Origin: Octopus sinensis
Taxonomy: Eukaryota
Length of the DNA: 64,000 nucleotides
Direction: 5' to 3'
Assembly (NCBI RefSeq): GCF_006345805.1
Contig: NC_043010.1
Location: 42,284,001-42,348,000, forward strand
Both the position numbers and the translations under genes were made by a program. The stretch's first letter is position 1. Each line of letters opens with the position of its first letter. Shown piece after piece: positions 11,974 to 24,700 of this stretch. A model generated the notes under the pieces. The model saw nothing but the letters and a program-made list of their open reading frames with translations. It had not been told where the DNA came from and did no database searches.

Positions 11974-12808
11974 ATTCGCCTGATACAGTTATTCGTTTCC
12001 TTATTATTCTGAGGCAATTCATTTTTGTAATGACTTTAATTCCTTCACGATGCGACAAAAAAAACAAAGAATGAAAACACTCTTACGATTTATGGCTTTT
12101 CGCATCTCACTTGTATTCACTCTTACCCTTTATGCCTACACAAGCAAGGTTTAGAAAATGGGAATCCAAATCTACAGTTCCATTTAGTTTACTTATGACT
12201 AAACAGAAATAAAACCTGAATATATTTCTTGTGTCTAGACACGCGTGCGCACAAATATTCACAATCAAGCACTCACGGCGGTACACATACACACACACAA
12301 TATATCATATTTTATTATATTATATTATATATCATATTGTATAATACAATACATTTTATTATATATTGTATTATGTATTGTATAATATTATTATATTCTA
12401 TTATATTATATTGTATATATTGTATAATATTATCAGCATAGAAATATTACCAAAATACACTTTTTTATGTTTATATTCGTTGATGACATTCATATCTTGC
12501 AACTCTCTAATCGTTAGATTTCTATGATGTTATATTGGTAATATATCCTTTTCTGAAGCCAAACACTGTATATCAAGTATATTTTTATATACTTCATGCA
12601 CCGAAATGTAGTTTGATCAATTTCACGTACAAAAAATAAGCGCATGGTTATATGAAGTTTGTATTAGTCGTCGTCGGTTTTATCTCGTATCCGAAAATTT
12701 AGTTTCTTCTTTGCTGAACCTTGCCTTTATGGTGAAGGCGTTGATTACTAACTACACATATAGAAAATAAGAACATGGTTAAATGAAGTTTGTATTAGTA
12801 ACGAAATA

Positions 12809-13039
12809 TATTTCTTTATTACCCACAAGGGGCTAAACATAGAGGGGACAAACAAGGACAGACGAACGGATTAAGTCGATTACATCGACTCCAGTGCGTA
12901 ACTGGTACTTAATTTATCAACCCCGTAAGGATGAAAGGCAAAGTCGACCTCGGCGGAATTTGAACTCACAACGTAACAGCAGACGAAATACGTCTACGCA
13001 TTTCGCCCGGCGTGCTGACGTTTCTGCCAGCTCGCCGCC
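12809..13039 (-). mobile_element. SINE family A monomer with 18-bp TSD
   Basis: Full reverse-complement copy ending ctcgccgcc. TSD tgtattagtaacgaaata at 12791-12808 and 13040-13057. Confidence 0.92.
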
Positions 13040-13652
13040 TGTATTAGTAACGAAATAGAAACTGAATACAGATTGTTGGATGCAACCTCCCACCTCATCT
13101 TCTTACCTGTCCATTACTTGATGACGGTTAAACATCACCTTGGTCACTCTTTTCTTGGAGATTTGTCCATGCAAAACCAGATTCGCAATAGGTGGGATAT
13201 CAACGTGTCTGTCGTCTTGCATGAGCAAACCGTTTCACTTTCCGCCTTTTAGTGGTTGATGGAAGAGTTCCGTTATTTGCGTACTTCTCAACACTTTCAT
13301 TTTTAGCTCTTTCTCTCACTCTCTCTCTCTCTTTCTCTCTCTCTCTCCCTCTCTCTCTCTCTCTCTTTAGTTCCAGTTTCTCTATGTGAAATATAAGGCG
13401 TATTGCTATAACATTACATATTAAAAGCCATGGAATTTTCCAACTTTCAGCAGCCAACGACCACAGTTCGTACCCATTGAATGCAACTGATACTACATTA
13501 TTACATGCAAATAACTAAACTCCGCTTCAAGATACGTACAGAGTTTCAGCCTGTACTTAAACCGCTTTATACATGCATGCATGCATCCATCCAGCCATCC
13601 TTCCATCCATCCATCCATCCACCTACCCACATATACGCACACGCATAGTTTG

Positions 13653-13932
13653 TTCCTTCTCGAGCCATTCCTGGCTCATAAGGGCCGGTTTCCCGGTTTC
13701 CGTGGCGTATAGGTTCCCCACCTGGACGGGACACCGGTCCGTCGCAGGTGAGCTGCAAGATGCAGGAGGAAAGAGTGAGAGAAAGTTGTGGCGAAGGAGT
13801 TACCTTCTGCCGGAGCCGCGTGGAGCTTAGGTGTTTCGCTCATAAACACACACATCGCCCGGTCTGAGATTCGAACCCGCGATCCCTCGACCGCGAATCC
13901 GCTGCTCTAACCATTAGGCCATGTGCCTCCAC
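13653..13932 (-). mobile_element. tRNA(Arg)-like-head SINE (family C)
   Basis: Minus strand gtggaggcacaTGGCCTAATGGttagagcagcggattcgcggtcgagggatcgcgGGTTCGAATCtcagacc has A and B boxes and a TCG-like loop, then a non-tRNA body. A related degraded copy lies at 29815-30100. Confidence 0.85.
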
Positions 13933-13958
13933 ATAACGCACATACATACATACATACA

Positions 13959-13989
<31 letters not shown>

Positions 13990-13991
13990 TT

Positions 13992-14415
13992 ATGCTAAAA
14001 GTGTTATCAATGCCAATAAACAACTGGAATTAATAACATTTTTCAGCTGGTATAAGCATGGAATTTGGTCAAAAGAAATTTTCATTTTTGGTTATAGAAC
14101 GAGGAAAGTCAGTCCCCCAAACCCCAAACCTATCTCTCTATCTCCCCCCCCCCTTCCATACAAAGAATGTTACAAGTACCTAGGCATAGACGAAAAGTAT
14201 CATATGAAGGCACTGTGAATAAAGATAGAGTGACCCGAGAATATTACACCAGACTTAGGAAAATATGGCACTCGGAACTCTCTCCTTACAACAAAACAAT
14301 ATCCCACAATGCATTTGCAGTACCAGTGCTGATTCCAACATTTGAGACACTTGGTTATTCTGTAGAGGAAATCTACTCCATTGATATCAAAACCCACAAA
14401 ATCCTGACAACTGAG
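13992..14415 (+). mobile_element. R4/Dong-type (RLE) non-LTR retrotransposon fragment
   Basis: ECYKYLGIDE / SYEGTVNKDRVTREYYTRLRKIWHSELSPYNKTISHNAFAVPVLIPTF..IDIKTHKILT is typical post-RT sequence of R4-clade elements. Confidence 0.78.
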
Positions 14416-14427
14416 AGCTTGAGATTT

Positions 14428-14459
<32 letters not shown>

Positions 14460-16233
14460 TGTATGTATGTGAGTGAGTGTGTGTGTATGTATGTATGTAT
14501 GTATGTGTGTGTGTGTCTGTGTGTGTCTGTCTGTATGTATGTATGTATGTGTGTGTGTGTGTCTGTGTGTGTCTGTGTGTGTCTGTGTGTACGCACATAT
14601 AAAACGTAAGGTAAAGAAAGAAAACTGGTTATTCCTAAAGTAAGATAAGGCAAAATTTTATTAGTCACGTATTAAATAAATCTCTCGACGTTAACTTAAT
14701 GAACCAAAGAGAGAGCTTCCATATTGTCGTTTGGCCTGTAAGAAATAATAGCTAAATCTACTTCAAATCATAATCTATTGTTTTAAAAAAAGAATAGACA
14801 TGCAGAATACGTAGTCCTTCAGATGGTCATGGCTGGAATATATTTATCACAGATTTGTTAAAGCTTTGGTGATATAGAACAAAACAACGATTTCATTGAC
14901 AAATGATGCACAAACAGACCTAAAATTAAATGGTAAATCTAATATTTTAATGTCTACACTATGCGCTTGTCAAATTGCTGAAATTGTAAGAAATTCAACG
15001 TTAGTTTTGTAAGAGATGTGCAGCGGACAAAATATTTCAAATGCTCTCATCTTCTTAATTAAAAACAACATATGCAAGTTATTCCAGATGAGGAAACCCC
15101 TCGTAAAAACTTAACATGTTTTCATAAAGATATACTTCACAAGAACTTCTGCATTATATTCACTTGAAATAAGATAAGTGAAGTAAAATAGAATACTTTG
15201 ATTGGTTTTTTGATGCAGATCATTTTATGTATACCAATATGAATCCCAGCGGGTTTTCAGAATATAACAAGGTTTTTCATTCGATTGTAAATTGAAATAA
15301 AATCTTCAATTCTAATAACTCTAATAATTTATATATTTCAGAAAGAATTATAGTGTTAGATATGGTGTCAGTTCTTACAGTTTATTTTTGTTGTTTTTTC
15401 TTACAATAGTGTTTAAAGTCGATTAATTCTATCTTGAGACATTACAGGTAACTTTTCACACCAATAAAGGATTTTCTGTACAGCGATAGGCTCTGCCAGA
15501 AATCGTGATAAAATTTTGCCCAAATAACACCAAATCGTCTTTATGGAAAGGAAGAACATATTAGATAAACTAGTTTGAGAAAAGTTACAGTATATGACGG
15601 TGCATCAGGTAATAGGGTGTATAAGGCGGAACGATTTCTATTTGGAATATTAAGCCAGCAAGTTCGGGAGAGAGGGTAGGTCGATAAGAAGTACTTATTT
15701 AATCGACCCTGAAATGATGAGAGGCAAAATCGACCTCAACGGAATTTTAACTCAGAATGTAAAGACGGATGAAATGCCGCAAAATAATATACCAGAAATG
15801 TTGATGAAGTGTCGAAAAATCACGAGATGGTTCTAAATATGGAAGTAGTGCGGGTAAGAATAAGACGAGAGACACATGTATTTACGCTTAAACATGCATA
15901 TAAACATGTATAGTATACATGTGTGTATGTTTGTATATATGTTTAATGATAGCACACGTGAGTTTGTAGCCTCTTCCACTGACAACTGTTGTCTTTTCAA
16001 TAGGTGTTGCTGTAAAGTTACCTCTCACCCGAGGCACTGGCGACTGAAACCACTCTCAGGTGGCACACACGCACACACACACACATACATACACACACAC
16101 ATATCTATAAATACACACATATCTATAAATACACACATTTATATATATACACATATATACATGCATGCAAACAAGTATTTTTCTTCATTCGTAAAATAAT
16201 GGCTTGCAACATGAAACTAGATGTTAAAATTTA

Positions 16234-16632
16234 TCTTTATATATAAAAGTGAAGTTGTGTGTCTGTCTCCTACGATTTAAATTCCTAACTACTCCCACAT
16301 TTTGCGGTGCAGTTTAACCAAAACCGGGTATCTTATAGTCGTGATTCATATCGAGGCCCTTCTGGGTATTAGCACGCGTCTACGATGAGTCTACGATTTA
16401 AAAAAAAAATTACCATCATTTTTTTCCATTTTAATGCATTTTTTCGCTATTATATAAGGGAAGTAACTCTCTAAAAATGTCTACGATGAGTCAACGATTT
16501 AAAAAAAAAATTTACCATCATTTTTTTCCATTTTTAATGCATTTTTTTGCTATTTTTTGGCTATAACTCTCTAAAAATGCTTATATAGTTATTTCCCTTA
16601 CAAACCCGAGCAACGCCGGGCGATACTGCTAG
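16234..16632 (+). mobile_element. Non-autonomous Helitron
   Basis: 5' TC(tttatatataaaa), 3' GC hairpin cccgagcaacgccggg then CTAG, inserted between A and T. Internal ~100-bp tandem duplication at about 16378-16580. Confidence 0.88.
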
Positions 16633-18489
16633 TTTAGTATAACATAGTGTTCAAGAGATCTCTTGGTACTGAGTGACATTTACGGCTCAAATTCCAATCT
16701 ACATACCGATATTTATGGTATTTTTGAAATTGTGGGGTGGTCACGGTCAGAATGTTTTTGATACTATGTCTACTCAACCAAGGAAGACTTGAGACTACGC
16801 AACAAGTGATCATTTTCAAATTGACCCATTATGGTTGGGAAACAGGTTCGATGCTAAGCCATTATGGAGACATGGAAAAAAAAAAGAAAATCCTGTAACG
16901 TTTTAATTAATCGCCCCACATCCTCTATCTTGTCAATTAATTATGAAATGTTTCCATTAACATATGGGCTGGTTGAGAGATGTTAAAATTGAGATCTTTG
17001 TCAAAGTAGATACATAATGTCTACGCCATTTCGTGAATATTCTCGTATGTCCTTGATTAATTCACCCTGATATTCCAATTACTTTCTTTTTCCGTGTCCC
17101 TTTCAATATACTTGTCATACTTACACATAAACACAAGCATATGTATACATGTGTGTGTATGTGTGTGTGTGTGTGTGTGCATGAGGATTAACTGTGATTA
17201 ATCAATGCTAGTTTTTGCATTCGATAAGAAACGCACACTGATTGTTTGCACTGGGAAATACAAGCATTTGTTCGGCGTTTGATATAATATCTCTAAAGTA
17301 AGGCTTTAAGACTTTGTAATCATGGACGGAAATGGATCAATATTTATGGTAAACAGAATAGATAGAGAGAAGGATAGAGCGCGAAGAAGTTAGAGAGAAG
17401 GGAAAATTATTACAATGATTTTAATTTGAAAGCAACCCGCCCAGATTAATTGTTTATGCTTATATATTTATATGTAGATATATATAGTTGTTGAAGATGT
17501 ATTATTAAAATAGAAAATCTGAACGAAGAGGAGAAAGGAGTTAGATAAGAGAGCAGAAGAAATAAAAAAGTTTATTAAATAGGCAGTGAGAGCTACCTTA
17601 TTAATCATAATTTTTGGCAAAGATTTATGTAAAATTGAGTGTGCATGTTCTCGTGTGTGTGTGTATGGTCGTACGTTACTGTTATGCTTTAACGTCATTC
17701 ATTCAGTGATTATTTTCAAGCTAGTCAGCTATTCACAAATGTCAGCTATTTATATATTCAGCCAATTTGCTTGGGGATTAAATTCGTTACTAATCTGTGT
17801 GGAAAGTGCACACTGGCAACACTTAATTAGTTGTAGCAATAGGTACGGTAAACATTTTACGTTTTTTCTTTTCAAAAAATGGTCCATAACATTTACAACA
17901 GCGAACAAATTTGCCCCATCTATATGCGGGCGCGCAAATGTCTTCGGATTTCGGACACTATTACGAACTTAATATAATTTTTTAATATTTTACTGACACT
18001 TAAGTCAAGGATAACGATAAATGCTTTCGTTTGGCAGAAAATATCAGTGGATCAGCTGAGAGGTAGGCTTATTGGCAATTGAATAGTTAATTTTAGAGGA
18101 CGACATGGATGGCTGAGATGTCAACGTGCGGGACGATGCAATATGTTGTTGAAGTGTCAAAAACTGAAACAGCTTGCAACTAGAACATCCATGTCGCTTG
18201 TTTGTCACAAAATAGAGTCGGATACCGAGGCATCTCTTGCACAAGATTCAAAATATTGCACTGAAATAACAACGGATGGAGTTATTATAGCAGATAAAAC
18301 AGGCGATACGAGGTACAGGAAAGTTTACCTTTATATCTTACTACCCATCCATGAAATCTATACATCTATTTTCTTCCTTCTGTCATCTGACTGTTTCTGA
18401 ATTTTGCTCCCCCCCTCTCTTTTTCTTCTTTCCACATACATACATACATACTTACATATATGTACAATATATCGATACAAGCATACATA

Positions 18490-18577
18490 TAATCATTATA
18501 ATTATCATAAATGTTATTACTATTATTATTATTATCATTATTATAATTATTATAATTATTATTATTATTATTATTAT

Positions 18578-18646
<69 letters not shown>
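18490..18646. repeat. Compound (ATT)n/(AGT)n microsatellite
   Basis: Directly visible trinucleotide runs. Confidence 0.95.
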
Positions 18647-19157
18647 CTTTGCAAGTCAAGAATCTTGCCACCAAGGACAATCGTCAGATGAATATCAAAG
18701 TAGAAATGTTTTAAGTGTTTTTTTTTAAAGATTTCTGTGATAACGCACCACCTATAGTCAACTTTATTAACAATTTGTAAACATGCGTGCGTGTGTATCT
18801 ATCTGAGTATTTACCTGTGTGTACGCGTGTGTATGTGTGCGCGCGAGTCTCTGTGTGTTTGTGTGCATGTATGTAATACATATAGTGCAGAGCATGCAAT
18901 GTCTCAAGTAAATAATTATATTGTTAAAGCATATTAACAGAAAATTTTAAACGCATTTCTAATATATCTGTGTATGTATGTGTGTATGTATGTATGTATG
19001 TATGTATGTATGTATGTATGTATGTATGCATGTATGTATGTATGTATGTATGTGTAAGTATGTATGTATGTAAGTATGTATGTCTGCATGCATCTATATA
19101 TGTGTATATATGTAAATGTGTGTATTTATGGATATATGTGTGTGTGTGTGTGTGTGT

Positions 19158-19198
<41 letters not shown>

Positions 19199-21019
19199 AT
19201 GTGCATGTTTGAAGCGTACATGTGTATGCATGCATCCCTATTTTGACTCTCGTCTTATTCTTACCCGCACTACTTCCATGTTTAGAACCATCTTGTGATT
19301 TCTCGACACTTTTGTTAGGTTTGAAATTTTCTAATTTTCTTTTTACAACTACAGCAAATGTAAGTAATTATCAGGTGTTACACCCTACGACCTAATTTTT
19401 ATTCTTGGTTAGGCCATTTCGCATAAGCTTAGTATTTTCAACACTGTTCTCTACTGAAAAGAGATAAGCTCAGCCTGCGAGAACATTTTCATGTACTTCT
19501 GTTGAAAGTAAAGTAACATGATCTAAATATCCCGGTCAGCTTCGTCAGTTAATTTTTATTCAACACTGTTGTTTGACGTTATTCAGTTCTGATCAAACCA
19601 AAGCTATGATCAAAAGTATTTCAACAAAGATCGTTCATCTTTTTGTATACCTACAAACTGCATTGTATAATACATCCTTTCATTTTATAAGAGATTATAG
19701 AGTGATTAGAGTGAAATTTGGTTACTTTCACCGGCAAGTCGAGAATCATGTAGAGGGTTCGTTATTGTTAAGAATATGGCAAAATCATAGTCACTTGGGT
19801 GAGTGATGGTCAACGATGCTGGTAGCTTTATATACAATTTGCTGATGAATTCCTTTCTCATATTTTTTCTCCGATGGTAAAACGTCCGTCCTTCAACTCA
19901 ACGGCAAATTGTAAGCTTATCGATTTCTATTACTCTACATTAAAATGTTATTGAGAAGATTCATACAAGTAGAAATTTGTTCCATTTGCGAATTTAGCTC
20001 ATTATAATTCAAATTTAGTTATTACTTCGCAATAATCATTTTAGAATTCTGAAAATGAAATTCGTGTTGGCTTTTAATCCCTAACCAATTCCCTGTTTCT
20101 TTCCATAATATCTTCATTTGTACTATGGAGAGTCAAGCTAACTATTTAGAAGCATTACTTTCGATACACGTATAATACTATAAAAAAAAATATATGCATA
20201 TATATAAAGATATTCGTTGACACGATGTGCGTGTCATGTGTATACGCTTATGATTACACAAATAATCGTCAAGTTTGAATGTATTAACTCGTCTTAAATT
20301 ATTGATTGATAAAGCTTGCAATGGTGTAACACATTTTTCTGAATTATCTGCCCAAATGGATTATTGCCATCCCACTCAGCTTAAGACATTTACTACTGCT
20401 GTTCGATTTGCAGTAAAGGCCAAGGTTAATTCAACCATGAACTTGTACAACTGTGGCTAAAACAGCTTAGTAATATTACGAAGTAGGTTGTATTTGTTGC
20501 TGTACATTGAAAGATACAATAATCTGTATAGGTGCATGTGGATTAGCATTACTTACATATACATCTCTTATACGCCCTCACACACATAACCATTTAGACA
20601 CGCTCCACACACACATACATAACTGCGTGTGTGTGAGTGTGTATGAGTGTGTGTACATATGTGTGTTATAAATGTGTGTTCGTAGACATGAGTGTAACAA
20701 AGAGTGCGTGTACGTGTCTGGGTGGATGTGTCAACAAGAGCGTGAAAATGGTTTATGCGAGTATCTTATAAGTAACTTGTGATAAATGTTTTAAAGATCT
20801 ATGTGGCACTCATGCCTCTGCGACCTTTACCCAAAGGAGACACGGAACTCAGCATTTTAAGATAACGGGGAACCCATTCAATCTAAAGTGCTGCGCTTCC
20901 CAGATCAGTCAGTCGATCATAGTTCATTGTATTTGTGTTGGGTAAAGTACATCATTTGCGAAACAAGTTATTGATCATATGCTTAACACACTGCTTTGAT
21001 AGGATAAAATTACAGATAC

Positions 21020-21054
<35 letters not shown>

Positions 21055-21367
21055 GACACACACACACATGTAAGTATATGTATTAAATATATGTATATTC
21101 AATTATTAATTAAAAGCAGCGCTAGTGTTCTGAATATTATCGACCGCACATACTGTATGTGTTTTGCTTAGTCGCCGGTTCGCTGCAGAACAGCGCTCTG
21201 GGAGTGACTCCCTCTTAACACTGAATGTTAACACACCTGAGGGTTATAGATAAGCAAAACAACTCACCACCAAAATAATTCAGGAGCGATGAATACCGAT
21301 AATTCGCCATTTTTGTGCGTTATCAAAAACACGTGTATATATACATATATAAACTTACTTGGAGAAG

Positions 21368-21398
<31 letters not shown>

Positions 21399-21427
21399 TA
21401 AACTTGCTTGGAGAAGAATATATATAT

Positions 21428-21463
<36 letters not shown>

Positions 21464-21551
21464 CAAATTGAGATAGAGGTTGTAAATGCAACCCTCCATG
21501 GGATAACATATATCCATATATATATATAGTAGGTACAAGCATGACCATATA

Positions 21552-21703
21552 GGCGCAGGTGTGGCTATATAGGTGAAGGCACAGGAGTGACTGTGTGGTA
21601 AGAAGCTTGCTTCCCAACCACATTGTTCCGGGTTCAGTCCAACTGCGTGGCACCTTGGGGCAAGTGTTTTCGTGTCTTCTACTATAGCTTCGGGTCGACC
21701 AAG
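21552..21703 (+). mobile_element. SINE family B 5' fragment
   Basis: ggcacaggagtgactgtgtggtaagaagcttgcttcccaaccaca..gggttcagtcc..caccttggggcaagtg, preceded by a short duplicated head. Confidence 0.8.
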
Positions 21704-22074
21704 CTATGTATGTATGTATAACGACAATATAATAAAATACTAACTGAATAACAAATAGTCTAAAGAAATATGCTAATACACCGATGAATTTGGAACCGAA
21801 ATCGTTGATACAATTTTCACATCACTGTGTTGATCACGTTCAGCAACAGCGTTGGTCACAGCTTATTTCATAACACTTTAAATGGTACCTTTGATTAAGG
21901 ACCAGGTTGAGCATCGTTATACCTTCCTAAAATCTGGGGGTTTTTTTTCAATCCTTGACAATTTCATAAGTTTCTAAAGCTTCATTGAAATATGTCTACA
22001 AAACCATCTCCCCTTCAGTCATGGTACATTCCGCAGTATTTCTAAAAGTATCAGAATTAGTAGGAAAAAGTTTT

Positions 22075-22425
22075 TATCTTTTCATCTTGTTTCAGTGTCT
22101 CATGCTTGGGCACTGCCTTAAAGAATATTAGTCGAACGAATCGACTCCAGTACATTTTTTTAAAGCCTGGCATTTATTTTAGCGATATCTTTTGCCGAAT
22201 CGCTAAGTTACGGGACGCAAGCACGCCAAAACCGGTTGTCAAGACACACACACATGTATACGACGGGCTTCTTTCAGTTTCTGTCTATCAAATACATTCG
22301 CAAGGTTTTGGTTGATCGGGAGCTATAGCAGAAGACACTTGCCCAAGATTCCATACAGTAAGACTGAATCCGGAGCCATGTGGTTGGGAAGCAAACGTTT
22401 TATTATATAGCCACGTGTGTGCCTA
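22075..22425 (-). mobile_element. SINE family B copy
   Basis: Reverse complement of family B (agaagacacttgcccaag..gagccatgtggttgggaagcaa). Confidence 0.82.
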
Positions 22426-22559
22426 TAGATTTAAAAACTTCATCTTTTTATTGTTTTACAACACACTCGGATTTGTTTCCGTTTTCTCTATCACTCTTAT
22501 CCGATTACGGTGTTTTGCCAAACCTCTTAAATCTTCAGTAGAAAGGCTTTTTCATCTTC

Positions 22560-23480
22560 TTTTCTGATTACAATTAATTCCAAAGTGGTATCTTCTGTAA
22601 CTGCATCCTATCCAGTTAACTTTGAAACTTTATTTAAGTCTACAACGCTCTCCTCTACCTGAGTAAATTCTTCAAAGTCGTTCCTTGGCCTGTCTAAAAC
22701 ATCATTCTATTCTGCATTTAACCAGTTTGTAGGATCCCTTTCAAATGACATAATAGCAAACGGCATTTTAAAACACTCGTCAAACGAACGATCGTATTTG
22801 CTACCAGTCAGTGGTTCAGAGTGAAAACACAGTGACTACTTTAAAGCATTCCCGCAAGTAATAAAATCATTGTCATGCCCCGGTCCACCGGCTACAATTT
22901 AGATGTACCTGGAACGATGGAAAACCTGTTTATTTTAAGCTTTGCTCGAAAGTCAAGATTTGGGGAGTTCCCAAGAGCGTTATTCAAGAGAAGATCGTGG
23001 GTAGTAAATCATGTTCGACGCAGAAGCGTAAATTGTTTGTATACAAGAGAATCAATTCTTGCGTGACCTACGCATTTTTGCTTGACTTCCAATTGTAACT
23101 TATTTAATACTTTCAATGCACGTGGTAACTTGTAGCGCTACGATGGCTCTACCATTTGACGACCAAACAGGAGTATTAGTCTAAATAGACTTTACCTTTT
23201 CACAATTAGAGTTCTTTTGTTTTTCTTCTAGCTGGAATACCTTTTCTGGTTGGAAGGACTCAACGGAAGGTCTTTCGTATACAATGTTAATAACTCCTTT
23301 ATTTGTTCCACTAATTCGCTCAAGATTAGTTCACATCGCGTTTAGTCTAGTAGTTTACTACGTCGAATGCAAAATTAGGTCAGTACAGTCGCACGCCTGA
23401 ATTTTTGATAAATACTATATCAGATATTATTGACACAGAGTGCATGAATACCAGAAACGAATATATTCCTAGAAAACACA
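22560..23480 (-). mobile_element. Second, highly degraded Tigger/pogo transposase relic
   Basis: Minus-strand segments RLILLFG, KLPRALKVLNK, WKSSKNA*VTQEL, DLLLNNALGNSP and PGTSKL*PVDRGM parallel the pogo DDE motifs WRSNKKAWMT, LLLDNAPGHP and PPNTTSLLQPMDQG in the right order. Confidence 0.68.
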
Positions 23481-24149
23481 TTTCTAACTTGTGATGACGT
23501 GTCTTTTCTTCTACTGCTAGTATGTTATCTCGAACTCAGGGTGACTTCCGTATTTACTACTCATTGATTATAGCAGCAACCAGGATTAGTGTGATATGAA
23601 CTGAAGGTGCGAAGAATGTATGCCCTTGAAATGTTTCTTTTTTAAACCTCCCACTACAGGACAGAATATATTTGACTAAAGGGGATAAAAAACACTCGGT
23701 GAGTTGCTGATGACGCTGATTAATGATGAATACAAAGCTTGAGTAATGTCCCTTTTCTAACAAATATACACGTATTTCTAATCGCTCTCCACAACTGCTA
23801 AGCAATATCTCGACGATTAGAAGTTAAACAAGACAAATGAATCAAATATACTATCATTGGTTTGGGAAAAAGTCGTTGATCTCCAGGTGGCGATATCTAT
23901 ACCACAAGCAAATGAATAAGCAACTCTAATACTCACAAAAACAGAAAGTAGAAAACAAAAAGAAGTAGTGTTTGGAAATGTTAGGAGCACAACACTTCAG
24001 TATAACTTCATCTCTTTCGAATAGGGGTTAAGAACTGCCAGTAAGAAACTCTGGGATCAGAAGAGATTAGCTGAAGAACAAATAGCAAGAAAGCACTAAG
24101 AAGATATTTCATTTTCTGCTACTGGTACATAGAAACTGAGCTTCTATCG

Positions 24150-24700
24150 TAGGCATCCTGTAGTCCTTTACCAGTTCTCAACAAATATACCAAGGTGGTT
24201 GGAATGGTTAGAAATACTAAAAAAAAAAAAGACAGAGCTGCACGCATGGTGAAGTACTATTGACCAATATCTTGTCAGAATTTCTATTATAAACCTGTCT
24301 GAACCAATTCCACCAGGATCACTGTGGTAACAGTTTCATAAGTTGCTCATTACAGCATCCAAACTCCTTTACCAAAGGAGTTTAGTGATGAATTAAGCAA
24401 TTCATAGTCAACAAAAAACTGTGATATATCAACAGCAATGGCATAGAGATTTGTTTGCAGTTTAGCTGGCATTTAATTCTGATCCACGTTTATAGATGCT
24501 AGTTTCTCGTCGATTGAACTGTCACTGATAGGATAAAGTATATTTCTACGAGACAGTTTCAACTGTTTATATTTAAAGGGAATATTCTTTTTGATAAGGA
24601 AATCTGATGGATACATAATTGACTTACTGGAAGACAAAAAAAAACACTACCAGATAGCTTTTCCTTATTTTTCTATGACCAGAAGATACGTATAAAATAT
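24150..24700 (-). mobile_element. CR1/Jockey-group RT relic
   Basis: Minus strand YAIAVDISQFFVDYELLNSSLNSFG resembles the LD.SKAFD.V.H..LL.KL..FG motif. Heavily degraded. Confidence 0.45.

Noticed and set aside
12643-12799. 26-bp direct repeat catggtta(t/a)atgaagtttgtattagt about 130 bp apart
   Set aside because: A small local duplication with no recognisable element between the copies.
13860-13932. Apparent tRNA-Arg gene on the minus strand
   Set aside because: The acceptor stem is poor and it continues directly into a SINE body that has a second copy at 29815. It is a SINE head.
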